From assembly GCA_937892255.1 (NCBI GenBank), contig CALAUL010000016.1, positions 6,419 through 70,418 of the forward strand: DNA of 64,000 nt. The letters are read 5' to 3'. Below, in pieces: positions 20,415 to 29,583 of the stretch. Made by a program: the position numbers and the translations under genes. The notes beneath the pieces were generated by a model. That model ran no database searches. It saw only the letters and a program-made list of their open reading frames with translations, and was not told where the DNA came from. Within the stretch, counting starts at the first letter, position 1. The number at the start of each line of letters is the position of its first letter. Origin of the DNA: an uncultured Bacteroidales bacterium (GTDB lineage: Bacteria; Bacteroidota; Bacteroidia; Bacteroidales; Marinilabiliaceae).

Positions 20415-21509
20415 ATGCGAGTAATTATAAGTGGAGGCGGAACAGGCGGCCATATTTTCCCCGCGATATCAATTGCAAACGCACTGAAGGCGTCGGACTC
20501 AACGATAGAAATACTTTTTGTAGGAGCAAAAGGTAAAATGGAAATGGAAAAGGTGCCCGCAGCAGGATATAAAATAGTAGGTTTGCCGGTGGCAGGATTT
20601 CATCGTAAGCTAAATATTAAAAACATACTGCGCAATACGTTATTTCCGTTTAAATTATTGGCAAGTATGACAAAAGCAGGTTCGGTAATCAGAAATTTCA
20701 AACCGGATGTTGTTGTAGGAGTTGGAGGCTACGCAAGTGGACCGATATTGCGTCGTGCCGCAAAAAAAGGTATTCCATGTCTGATACAAGAGCAAAATTC
20801 ATATCCCGGCGTGACAAATAAAATCCTCGCCAAAGATGTTCGTAAGATTTGTGTCGCATATCCGGATATGGACAGGTTTTTCCCTTCGGATAAAATACTC
20901 GTTACAGGAAATCCTGTTCGACAATCTCTCCTAACGCATGTGGATAGAGAAGAAGCTGCTTCACATTTTGGCTTAAACCCTAATTTGCCAATCATATTGG
21001 TTGTCGGAGGAAGTCTTGGTGCAAGATCAATAAATGAAGGACTAAAAGAAAGTCTTGATGATTTACATGAAGATGTTCAGCTCCTTTGGCAGACAGGAAA
21101 ATTTTACTACAGTTCGGTAAAAGAAGAATTAGACGCGAAAAAGAAACCAAATGTAGTGGCAATGGACTTTATAAAACGAATGGATTATGCCTACGCCTTG
21201 GCAGATATCGTCATCTCAAGAGCCGGAGCCAGCAGCATATCCGAATTGGCATTGTTGGGAAAAGCCTCGATACTCGTCCCATCGCCAAATGTCAGCGAAG
21301 ACCATCAGACAAAAAATGCTATGGCATTGGTAAATAAAAATGCGGCAATAATGGTGAAAGATTCGGATACAGGTCTTTTATTGGCTGAAAGTCAAGTCGT
21401 TTTGTCAAAAAAAGATCAATTGATACAATTAGCCCAAAATATCAAACAATTTGCACGTCCGTCTGCAGCAGACGATATAGCACAAGAAGTGATTAAATTG
21501 GCAAAATAA
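20415..21509 (+). CDS. murG: UDP-N-acetylglucosamine--N-acetylmuramyl-(pentapeptide) pyrophosphoryl-undecaprenol GlcNAc transferase
   Basis: GGTGGHIFPA N-terminus and SRAGASSISEL near the C-terminus. Confidence 0.92.
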   Translation: MRVIISGGGTGGHIFPAISIANALKASDSTIEILFVGAKGKMEMEKVPAAGYKIVGLPVAGFHRKLNIKNILRNTLFPFKLLASMTKAGSVIRNFKPDVVVGVGGYASGPILRRAAKKGIPCLIQEQNSYPGVTNKILAKDVRKICVAYPDMDRFFPSDKILVTGNPVRQSLLTHVDREEAASHFGLNPNLPIILVVGGSLGARSINEGLKESLDDLHEDVQLLWQTGKFYYSSVKEELDAKKKPNVVAMDFIKRMDYAYALADIVISRAGASSISELALLGKASILVPSPNVSEDHQTKNAMALVNKNAAIMVKDSDTGLLLAESQVVLSKKDQLIQLAQNIKQFARPSAADDIAQEVIKLAK

Positions 21510-21512
21510 GAG

Positions 21513-22895
21513 ATGAATAATATAGAAAACATATATTTTGTCGGCATCGGAGGCATCGGAATGAGTGCCATAGCTCGCCATTTCAATGCCATAGGCAAAC
21601 GTGTCGCAGGTTACGACAGAACACCAACAGAACTGACAAACGAAATAATGTCGGAAGGGATTGATATTACATTTGAAGACGATATAAAGACTATCCCGCA
21701 AACGTTCAAAGATAAAAGTAAAACCATCGTTGTAATTACACCCGCAATACCGACAGATAATGCTATTCGAAGATTCTTCGAAGATGGCGATTTTGTTGTG
21801 ACTAAAAGAGCAGAGATGTTGGGCAAATTGACATCCATGTCATCGGCGATATGTATAGCCGGCACTCACGGGAAAACGACAACATCGACGATGGTGGCTC
21901 ACGTTATGCGAAGTTCGAGTATCGGCTGTTCGGCGTTTTTAGGCGGAGTATCGGCAAATTACAATACGAATTATTGGAGCGATACAACATCTTCGTTCGT
22001 AGTGACAGAAGCAGATGAATACGATCGCTCATTCTTGCATCTTCACCCGTATCTGTCGCTCATAACAGCCATGGATGCAGACCATTTGGATATTTACGGA
22101 ACCCATAAAGAGGTGAAGAAAGCATTTCATCAATTTGCTTCACAGACGGAAATTGGCGGAGCTGTGGTGTACAAGCATGAATTGGAGTTTGATGAAGAGA
22201 AAGTAGACGAGGATTGCGAGATTTTTACATATTCTTTGAAGAACAAAGAAGCCGACTTCTATGCATTTGATATAAAATTGCAGGGAGCACATAGTTTCTT
22301 CTCCATGCAAACACCATTTGGAGTCATCAAAGGAGTAGAATTAGGCATACCTGGTTATCATAATGTCGAAAATGCTGTGGCAGCTTCGGCGTTGTCATTG
22401 ATAGCGGGAGTGACGGCAGACGAATTGAAGCATGCTTTAAAGGAATTCAAGGGGAACAGACGTCGGTTTCAATATCGAATAGACGAGCCGGATTTTTGTC
22501 TGATAGATGATTATGCACATCACCCGGAGGAAATTCGCTCAATGTTGGTATCTTTGCGTCAGATGTATAAAGAACGTAAAATCACGGTGGTCTTTCAACC
22601 TCACTTATACACGCGCACGCGTGATTTTGCAGACGAGTTTGCCGAAGTCTTGTCTCTGGCAGACAGAGTCTTGTTGTTGGATATCTATCCAGCTCGAGAG
22701 TTGCCGATTGAAGGTGTGACGAGCGAAATGTTGTTGAGTAAAATATGTAAAGCGAATGCATCTTTGACAAGTAATAAAAAGCTGTTCGAAGACATAATGA
22801 AGTGTCCGTTAGATGTGTTGGTTATGATGGGCGCAGGAAATATCGACGCCATGGTAGGGCAGATAGAAAAAGAAATCAGGAATGTAAAAAGTTAA
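21513..22895 (+). CDS. murC: UDP-N-acetylmuramate--L-alanine ligase
   Basis: GIGGIGMSA, IAGTHGKTTTS and DDYAHHPEE motifs. Confidence 0.93.
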   Translation: MNNIENIYFVGIGGIGMSAIARHFNAIGKRVAGYDRTPTELTNEIMSEGIDITFEDDIKTIPQTFKDKSKTIVVITPAIPTDNAIRRFFEDGDFVVTKRAEMLGKLTSMSSAICIAGTHGKTTTSTMVAHVMRSSSIGCSAFLGGVSANYNTNYWSDTTSSFVVTEADEYDRSFLHLHPYLSLITAMDADHLDIYGTHKEVKKAFHQFASQTEIGGAVVYKHELEFDEEKVDEDCEIFTYSLKNKEADFYAFDIKLQGAHSFFSMQTPFGVIKGVELGIPGYHNVENAVAASALSLIAGVTADELKHALKEFKGNRRRFQYRIDEPDFCLIDDYAHHPEEIRSMLVSLRQMYKERKITVVFQPHLYTRTRDFADEFAEVLSLADRVLLLDIYPARELPIEGVTSEMLLSKICKANASLTSNKKLFEDIMKCPLDVLVMMGAGNIDAMVGQIEKEIRNVKS

Positions 22896-22915
22896 TAAAA
22901 AGACTTGCGAGAGAT

Positions 22916-23668
22916 ATGACCAAAAGGATAAAAATGAAAAAGTATATTGTGAGACTATTGGTGACGATAGTCCTACTGATTTATTATCCTATTGTCATGT
23001 CTTTTGTAAACGCAGAACATAGCAAAGTCGAATGTGTCGACGTTGTTGCAAGAGTAATGAATAACACATCGGACATGCTTATTTCAAACAGCGAACTGAA
23101 AAAGATGGTTTTGCGAGAATTTACAAACATCAAAGGGACACTGTTGGATTCGCTTCATCTGATGGAAAAGGAAACCGTACTGGAGTCGATGCCTGTGATA
23201 GAGAAATGTGAAATGTACACAACGGCAGGGGGAGTTTTGCATGTGGATGTGTGGCAAAGAGAGCCAATTATGCGTGTGTTCAGGCCGAATGGTTCGTCGT
23301 ATTATATGGACGCAACATTGCATCGAATACCGGCCAATTATGAAATGAGAACCCATGTCGTAATCGTCAACGGAGCTGTCAATATATTACAAGACACAAA
23401 AGGCTTGGTAGATATATGCAAGTATATTAGAGAAGATAAATTTTGGAGAGCAACGATAGAACAGATATATGTAAATGACAATTTGGAATTCATGCTTGTG
23501 CCCCGAGTTGGCAATCATGTGATTGAATTTGGTTCGTCTGAACAAATGGAAGATAAGTTTAGATTGTTGCATCGACTTTATACCGAGGAGTTTGATATGT
23601 TGGAATGGAATCTGTATAAAAAAGTGAGTGTAAAGTTTCAAGGACAGATAATATGTACAAAAAGATAA
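22916..23668 (+). CDS. ftsQ: cell division protein FtsQ-like (POTRA-containing bitopic protein)
   Basis: Sits between murC and ftsA. N-terminal TM helix (LLVTIVLLIYYPIVM). The ATG at 22916 avoids the 94-nt overlap with murC implied by the listed start at 22802. Confidence 0.7.
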   Translation: MTKRIKMKKYIVRLLVTIVLLIYYPIVMSFVNAEHSKVECVDVVARVMNNTSDMLISNSELKKMVLREFTNIKGTLLDSLHLMEKETVLESMPVIEKCEMYTTAGGVLHVDVWQREPIMRVFRPNGSSYYMDATLHRIPANYEMRTHVVIVNGAVNILQDTKGLVDICKYIREDKFWRATIEQIYVNDNLEFMLVPRVGNHVIEFGSSEQMEDKFRLLHRLYTEEFDMLEWNLYKKVSVKFQGQIICTKR

Positions 23669-25011
23669 ACACAATGAGCTATATAGTGGCAATAGATATG
23701 GGTACAACGCAATTAAAAGCTTCTCTCTTTCGTAAGGAAGAAGACGAATTGCGTTTTGTAGATGTTGCTTTTGATGAGTCAGAATCATTTGAAAAGGGAC
23801 GAATCAAAGACAAAAGTAAATTGGCTATAGATTTAGACAGATTGCTTAATAGCTTGTTCTTGACTCCAGAGTTGCCTAATGGCATAAAAAGACAAAATGC
23901 AGATGTTCGTTATTGTATTGGCGTTAGCGGAATGACGTTTAGAATGAAGACTGAAACTTATGACGGCAATTTAGATGGTCAAGTATTCTCAGAAATAGAG
24001 ATGTCCGGTTTCATGAAATTAGTGAAGGACAGATATGCCGGGGCGGAGTCAAACAAGAACCTTGTTCGGGTGAAGCCTATTAAATACGAATTCGAGGAAG
24101 CAAAAAGCAAAGTGACTCGCATTACTTATTCTGTTCCGTTGGATTGTGCATTGAACAAAATAAAGATTCACTATCTTCTGACGTATGTTGATTCTGATTT
24201 CGTAAAAGACATGAAGACCATTTTGGCTTGTGATGATAGCAATATCACATTTTATCCAATAGCAAGCGCAAAAGCAAAATATCTGTGCAAAGAGGCAACG
24301 TTGAAACGTACAGACGGCTTTGTTTTGATAGATATAGGTGGTGGTACAACGTCCGTAGCGGCTTTCAAATCAGGAGTATTGTTGGGAGAATATTCCTTCC
24401 CATTTGGTGCTGATACCGTGACCTACGATATCATGAGATATGTCAACATTGATAATCGCAGAGCCAAGAATATCAAATTTAATTTACCGCTGATTTTAGA
24501 GTATAAAAATTACAAGCTTACCATAGGCGGAAAAGAAATCAAGACGGATGCAGAACGTTTGAAAGAAGTCGTTCAGTTGAGATTGGAGGAGATTATATCG
24601 CATGTGTGTGCATTTTGTGCGAAAGTATACGGAACAATCGACGTTCATACGATGTTCGGCGTGACAGGAGGAGGCTCTTTTATCTTTTCGGTAGAAGATG
24701 TAGTGAAAGGATTGACAGATGCAGAAGTGAAGTTGTTTCAAGAGTCAGAGAACAAATGTTCCGGAGATATCAGTGGTGCAATTGTTGACTCTTCAGAGAT
24801 TCAGTATAGCATGAGTGGAACATTCGGTATGGTAAAATTATATAGAGAAGAGTTTGCAGAACAATTTGTGAAGGAGCATATTCCGGATATGTTTGACGAA
24901 CCGAAGGAGAAGAGTGCCAAGGAAAGCAAAAGTGGCGGAATAGTAAAAGGAATGAAGAGTTTCTTTGACAATATGATAAAACCATCGGAAGATATAGGTG
25001 ATAATTTTTGA
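23653..25011 (+). CDS. ftsA: cell division protein FtsA (actin-like ATPase, divergent)
   Basis: Phosphate-1 motif IVAIDMGTTQLK, phosphate-2 motif LIDIGGGTTSVA, adenosine motif GVTGGGSF, and a C-terminal amphipathic helix GIVKGMKSFFDNMI. Alternative ATG at 23674. Confidence 0.8.
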   Translation: MYKKINTMSYIVAIDMGTTQLKASLFRKEEDELRFVDVAFDESESFEKGRIKDKSKLAIDLDRLLNSLFLTPELPNGIKRQNADVRYCIGVSGMTFRMKTETYDGNLDGQVFSEIEMSGFMKLVKDRYAGAESNKNLVRVKPIKYEFEEAKSKVTRITYSVPLDCALNKIKIHYLLTYVDSDFVKDMKTILACDDSNITFYPIASAKAKYLCKEATLKRTDGFVLIDIGGGTTSVAAFKSGVLLGEYSFPFGADTVTYDIMRYVNIDNRRAKNIKFNLPLILEYKNYKLTIGGKEIKTDAERLKEVVQLRLEEIISHVCAFCAKVYGTIDVHTMFGVTGGGSFIFSVEDVVKGLTDAEVKLFQESENKCSGDISGAIVDSSEIQYSMSGTFGMVKLYREEFAEQFVKEHIPDMFDEPKEKSAKESKSGGIVKGMKSFFDNMIKPSEDIGDNF

Positions 25012-25038
25012 TAGTAAATAAAGAATAATGATCGCGAT

Positions 25039-26385
25039 ATGGAGTTGGTAGAAGAGAAATCAGAGAGGAAAGGAGAAAGAGCTCCTGAAATGCACAAAAT
25101 ACGAGTTGTCGGAGTCGGAGGAGCCGGAGGAAACGCCGTAAATCGAATGGCGGATATGGGTTTTGACGGTGTTACATTTATTGCGTGCAACACCGACGAA
25201 TTGGCATTGAAAAATAGTAAAGCTGATATCACTATAACTTTGGGCCCATTGTTGAACCGAGGCTTAGGAGCCGGTAATAATCCTAAAGTCGGGGAGGCCA
25301 GTGCAATTGAGTCAGAAGCAGAGATAAGAGAAGTGCTTGCCGGAGCGGAAATTGTTTTTGTTTCGGCCGGAATGGGCGGCGGAACAGGAACAGGAGCATC
25401 TCCGATAATAGCCAAAATTGCAAAAGAATTAAATGCTCTCACCGTAGCTGTGGTGACCATTCCGGAAAGTACAGAAGGATTATTACGTCTTAAGTCTGTA
25501 GCAGATGGAGTGACAAAATTATATAGTTGTGTAGATGCAATGTTGATAGTCAATTGCGATATGATGATGAACGTCATTGATCCCAATTGGACTATGGAAC
25601 GAGTGCGAGCCTATGTCGATGGCGTTTTGGTTAGATCTGTACAAGCCGTATCGCAGATTGTATCCAGATATGCTGAAATTCAGCTTGACTTTGCAGATTT
25701 GAGAAATGCGATGACGAATAGCGGAATATCGTATATAGGCATCGGCTCCGGCACAGGGCCAAACAGAGCTAAAGACGCGCTGACACAGGCCCTTAACTCT
25801 CCGTTGTTGCGAAACCAAGACTTTAGAGGAGCTCGTTATGTATTGGTTAACATGACTTTCGGAGCCAAACACGGTGTTACACTGAGAGAACATGACTTTA
25901 TTCTTAAATCACTATGTCAATATACAGGTTATAACGTCGTGCTATTGAACAGAGACGATAGCTTAAAACCTAACGATAGCGCCATTATGTGGGGAGAAGG
26001 AAAAGACTTGTCAATACCTGATGACAGCGACGAATTTAATGTGACAATTGTCGTTACAGGTTATAGAAAGAATCTGTATGACACAAGGCAAAAAGAAACA
26101 AATGCTGGACAAATAATTATTGATGAGAATGACAACGTGTCTATTTGTGATAACATAGTAGAAAACGACGAACCGGCAGAAGAGTTGGATTTCGAAGAAC
26201 AGTTGAAAGCTTTGTACTTAATAGAACAAGAAGAGGATATGAGTAAAAAGCCAAAACTCGCAGCCACATTTACATATTCTGACCCTGTGATATTGTCGGA
26301 AAATGCGATGTTAGACGAAAAGGAATTGTACAATTTTGAAACGACACCGGCTTTTATCAGACGAAAAAAGTCTGCAACAAACTGA
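25039..26385 (+). CDS. ftsZ: cell division protein FtsZ
   Basis: GVGGAGGNAVNRM, tubulin signature GMGGGTGTGASP, T7-like QLDFADLRNAM, an acidic linker and a C-terminal peptide TPAFIRRKK. Confidence 0.92.
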   Translation: MELVEEKSERKGERAPEMHKIRVVGVGGAGGNAVNRMADMGFDGVTFIACNTDELALKNSKADITITLGPLLNRGLGAGNNPKVGEASAIESEAEIREVLAGAEIVFVSAGMGGGTGTGASPIIAKIAKELNALTVAVVTIPESTEGLLRLKSVADGVTKLYSCVDAMLIVNCDMMMNVIDPNWTMERVRAYVDGVLVRSVQAVSQIVSRYAEIQLDFADLRNAMTNSGISYIGIGSGTGPNRAKDALTQALNSPLLRNQDFRGARYVLVNMTFGAKHGVTLREHDFILKSLCQYTGYNVVLLNRDDSLKPNDSAIMWGEGKDLSIPDDSDEFNVTIVVTGYRKNLYDTRQKETNAGQIIIDENDNVSICDNIVENDEPAEELDFEEQLKALYLIEQEEDMSKKPKLAATFTYSDPVILSENAMLDEKELYNFETTPAFIRRKKSATN

Positions 26386-26414
26386 TAAACAAAAATTTAA
26401 AAAAACTATACGAT

Positions 26415-26864
26415 ATGAATTTTTTTGATCAGATTACCGAAGATATTAAGGTAGCCATGAAAGCTCGCGAGACAGTCAAACTTGAAGCTCTTCGCGGCAT
26501 AAAGAAGGAACTCATAGAGGCAAAAACGGCTAAAGGAGCCAATGCAGAATTAGACGAAACAGAAATCTTTAAGATTTTGAAGAAAATGGTAAAGCAACGT
26601 CGCGACTCGGCTCAAATATTTGTAGAGCAAGGTCGTGCCGATTTGGCAGAGCCGGAAACACTTCAAGCAGATGTTATCGCTGCATATTTGCCGGAGTCAA
26701 TGTCGGCTGAACAACTTGAAGAGGCCGTGAAGAATATCATTGCTCAAGTAGGAGCAACATCGATGAAAGATATGGGAAAAGTCATGGGAGTAGCGTCAAA
26801 GGAACTATCAGGAAAGGCAGACGGAAAAGATATTTCAGATTGCGTAAAACGTCTTTTAGCATAA
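26415..26864 (+). CDS. GatB/YqeY domain-containing protein
   Basis: 149 aa. DIKVAMKARE..LEALRGIKKEL and the C-terminal MGKVMGVASKELSGKADGK are typical of the YqeY family. Confidence 0.8.
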   Translation: MNFFDQITEDIKVAMKARETVKLEALRGIKKELIEAKTAKGANAELDETEIFKILKKMVKQRRDSAQIFVEQGRADLAEPETLQADVIAAYLPESMSAEQLEEAVKNIIAQVGATSMKDMGKVMGVASKELSGKADGKDISDCVKRLLA

Positions 26865-26872
26865 AACAGAAT

Positions 26873-27331
26873 ATGATAACTGCAGAAATACATACATCGA
26901 AAGGAATCATGGTCGCCTCTTTCTATGAAAAAGATGCGCCAAATACAGTTGCAAATTTTGTAAAATTGGCAAAAGAAAAGTTCTATGATGGACTTGCTTT
27001 TCACAGAGTAATACCTAACTTTGTCATTCAAGGAGGTTGCCCGTTTTCGCGTGATATGAGCGACCCTCGAGTAGGAACAGGCGGTCCGGGCTATTCTATA
27101 AATTGTGAGACAAGTGGTGATAATCAATATCATGACAGAGGAGTTCTTTCAATGGCTCATGCCGGACGAAATACCGGAGGCTCACAATTCTTCATTTGTC
27201 ATAACAGACAAAACACACAACACCTTGACCGACACCATACCGTATTTGGAAAGTTGACAGATGGTTTTGATGTCTTGGACGCAATACGACAAGGTGATAA
27301 GATTGAGAAAATAATCATTAATGAGCAATAA
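26873..27331 (+). CDS. peptidylprolyl isomerase, cyclophilin type
   Basis: FHRVIPNFVIQGG and LSMAHAGRNTGGSQFFI motifs. The ATG at 26873 lies just after the yqeY stop. Confidence 0.9.
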   Translation: MITAEIHTSKGIMVASFYEKDAPNTVANFVKLAKEKFYDGLAFHRVIPNFVIQGGCPFSRDMSDPRVGTGGPGYSINCETSGDNQYHDRGVLSMAHAGRNTGGSQFFICHNRQNTQHLDRHHTVFGKLTDGFDVLDAIRQGDKIEKIIINEQ

Positions 27332-27333
27332 AA

Positions 27334-27852
27334 ATGGAACTAATAGGTAGACTAGTTGAAAAGATGGACGTTATAGTCGTAAGTGACAGATTCCGTCGTC
27401 GCGATTTCGTTATTGAAATCATCAATCAACGCAATCCTCAGTACAATGATTTGATATTGTTTCAATTGACTAATGACAACTGCGAAAGAATTGACAATAT
27501 TCAGATAGGAGAAGAAATTCAAGTTACGTTTGATATCCGTGGACGCAAATGGACGAGCCCGGAAGGACGAGTTTCTTATTTCAACACATTATCGGCATGG
27601 CGTGTAGATCGATATCAGATTGCAAACCAACCAATGCAAGGTTATCAGCAGCCAATGCAAAGTTACCAACCACCAATGCAAGGCTACCAACAGCCAATGC
27701 AAGGTTATCAGCAACCAATGCAGAGCTATCAGCCACCGATGCAAGGTTATTCGCAGCAGCCCGCAACACCGGCGACAGCTCCTATGTCGGATACAACAAC
27801 ACAGTCATCTCCGGCGCCGGAGGTTGACAATGGTGATGATTTGCCATTCTAA
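27334..27852 (+). CDS. DUF3127-like small OB-type domain protein with Q/P/M/G/Y heptad-repeat linker and C-terminal DDLPF
   Basis: The N-terminal ~95 aa resemble DUF3127 (..FDIRGRKWTSPEGRVSYFNTLSAWRVD). These are followed by six heptads of QPMQ(G/S)YQ, a Thr/Ser/Pro-rich segment and the terminal NGDDLPF. Confidence 0.7.
   Translation: MELIGRLVEKMDVIVVSDRFRRRDFVIEIINQRNPQYNDLILFQLTNDNCERIDNIQIGEEIQVTFDIRGRKWTSPEGRVSYFNTLSAWRVDRYQIANQPMQGYQQPMQSYQPPMQGYQQPMQGYQQPMQSYQPPMQGYSQQPATPATAPMSDTTTQSSPAPEVDNGDDLPF
27628..27753 (+). repeat. in-frame tandem repeat, 6 x 21 bp (organised as 2 x 63 bp), encoding QPMQGYQ-QPMQSYQ-PPMQGYQ twice
   Basis: Read directly from the sequence. Copies differ almost only at synonymous third positions (caa/cag, agt/agc, tat/tac, cca/ccg, ggt/ggc). 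Confidence 0.95.
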
Positions 27853-27878
27853 CGAGAATTGCTCGGAAAAGTATATAG

Positions 27879-27913
27879 GCAGAGACATTGTCAGTGATGT
27901 CTCTGCTTTTTTT
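27879..27913 (+). terminator. intrinsic terminator after the DUF3127-like gene
   Basis: gcagagacat (27879-27888) pairs with atgtctctgc (27897-27906), followed by a run of seven T. Confidence 0.75.
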
Positions 27914-27990
27914 GATATATGCCAATTAATCCCCAACAAAACTTTCGTAATGTGTAATTATATTGGTTACTAATTCGTAATTTTACAGCC

Positions 27991-29571
27991 ATGAAAAGGA
28001 GAAAATTGATACGTCAAATATTATTTGTAACCATAATGCTGTGGTCTATTTTTCTTGTCTCTTGTAGTGGAGGTAAAGGCGTGGCAGCAAAGAAAACGTT
28101 TGACTTGGGCGAATACGACAGAGCTCAGAAGCTCTTCGATAAGGCGTATAAAACTGAAAAAAATAGATATCACAAAGGCGAATATGCGTTTTATTTGGCA
28201 GAATGTTATCGTTTGAAATGTCTTTATAAAAAAGCAGCCTCATCGTATAATAGGGCAATTAGGTACAAATTTGACCGAGATATTGCATATCTGTATATGG
28301 GAGATTGTCATAGATGTGCAGGAGACTACGAACAAGCCCGCGAGGCTTATAAGACATATCTTAATCTATCTTCCGGAAGCCTATTGGCTCGAAATGGGCT
28401 TAGCTCTTGCGATATGGCGGAGAAACACCATAATGAGATGGTCGAATATGACTATTCAATGACGCCCGATAGCGGTTATGCTGTTGCATTGGCAAAATAT
28501 TTCAATTCAAAATATTCCGATTATAGTCCGGCATTTGTCGGAGAAGATTATGATGTCGTTTACTTTACATCAATGCGCTTGCCCAAGAAACGCAAAAAAA
28601 CAAATCGTATTACAGGACAAGGGAATTCCAATATTTATATGAGTAAAATTGATGGCAGTGGAGAGTGGACAGAAGCAGAACCTCTTGAAGAACCATTTGG
28701 TCAACAAATTGACGATGGGACACCATCTCTTACACCAGACGGCAAGACGATGTTCTTTACTCGTTGCCCATATGACGACTCGAAAGTCAACGTTGCAGAA
28801 TGTTACGAAATAAAGCGAAGCGGAGGACGTTGGGGCGAACCTGTAAGAGTTATACCCGGAGGAGACTCCACAATGATGGTTGCCCACCCTGCAATATCTC
28901 CTGATGGTAATACCCTCTATTTTGTCAGTGATAGAGAGGGCGGTTTAGGCGGAAAAGATATCTATGTTACAAATCGAAATACCGACAACTCTTGGTCTGA
29001 ACCGGAAAACTTGGGAGCAATGGTCAATACACAAGGCGATGAATTGTTTCCGTATGTACGTGATAACGGAGAGTTGTATTTTAGCTCCAACGGACACCCA
29101 AACTATGGAGGGTTGGATATCTTTAAGGCTGTGAAAAATGAAGGAGATAGGTATGTCGTTACAAATATGGGCTTGCCTATTAATAGCAATTTAGATGATT
29201 TCGGCATTCTCTTTGAGGGAAATCGCGAACGTGGCTTCTTTAGCAGCAACAGAGGAAATTCCAAAGGAGTAGATAATATTTATAGTTTTGAACTGCCGGA
29301 GGTCGTCTTGTCTCTTGAGACATCTCTTAGAAGTTCTTCGGGACAACCTCTTGAGCGTGTAATGGTCAGATTGATTGGTTCAAATGGTATGAACGAAAAA
29401 CTTCGTCCGGCAGAGGACGGAACAATATCGTTGTATCTCGACAATGAAGTCGATTACCTTGTCTTGTGTACAGCCAAGGGACATGTCAATAAGAAAATGT
29501 CCTTCTCAACAAAGGGAAAGTGCAAGAGCGAAACAATAAAACTTGATGTAGAGTTGGAGCCGATAAAATAA
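27991..29571 (+). CDS. TPR plus PD40 (TolB-like beta-propeller) repeat lipoprotein with C-terminal carboxypeptidase-regulatory-like beta-sandwich
   Basis: Lipobox FLVSC. PD40 motifs LYFVSDREGGLGGKDIYV, LYFSSNGHPNYGGLDIFK and FFSSNRGNSKGVDNIYSF. No OmpA or SPOR module is visible. Confidence 0.7.
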   Translation: MKRRKLIRQILFVTIMLWSIFLVSCSGGKGVAAKKTFDLGEYDRAQKLFDKAYKTEKNRYHKGEYAFYLAECYRLKCLYKKAASSYNRAIRYKFDRDIAYLYMGDCHRCAGDYEQAREAYKTYLNLSSGSLLARNGLSSCDMAEKHHNEMVEYDYSMTPDSGYAVALAKYFNSKYSDYSPAFVGEDYDVVYFTSMRLPKKRKKTNRITGQGNSNIYMSKIDGSGEWTEAEPLEEPFGQQIDDGTPSLTPDGKTMFFTRCPYDDSKVNVAECYEIKRSGGRWGEPVRVIPGGDSTMMVAHPAISPDGNTLYFVSDREGGLGGKDIYVTNRNTDNSWSEPENLGAMVNTQGDELFPYVRDNGELYFSSNGHPNYGGLDIFKAVKNEGDRYVVTNMGLPINSNLDDFGILFEGNRERGFFSSNRGNSKGVDNIYSFELPEVVLSLETSLRSSSGQPLERVMVRLIGSNGMNEKLRPAEDGTISLYLDNEVDYLVLCTAKGHVNKKMSFSTKGKCKSETIKLDVELEPIK

Positions 29572-29583
29572 CGAAGTCGAAAC

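Noticed and set aside
24801-25586. 261-aa minus-strand ORF spanning the ftsA/ftsZ junction
   Set aside because: It is antisense to the Gly-rich, highly conserved N-terminal half of ftsZ, and its translation is low-complexity Pro/Ser/Ile-rich. This is the typical shadow ORF of a GGN-rich gene.
23653-26385. FtsA and FtsZ look divergent (for example IPESTEG where many FtsZ have PFxFEG, and an N-terminal 20-aa extension on FtsZ)
   Set aside because: All the catalytic and nucleotide-binding motifs are intact, as are the FtsA membrane-targeting helix and the FtsZ C-terminal FtsA-binding peptide. This is most simply lineage divergence rather than a new function, and I cannot quantify it without alignments.
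27549-27973. Alternative-frame and antisense ORFs (92, 117 and 62 aa) over the heptad repeat
   Set aside because: They are created by the 21-bp periodicity, which keeps all frames open. Only the frame continuous with the DUF3127-like domain and ending in DDLPF makes biological sense.
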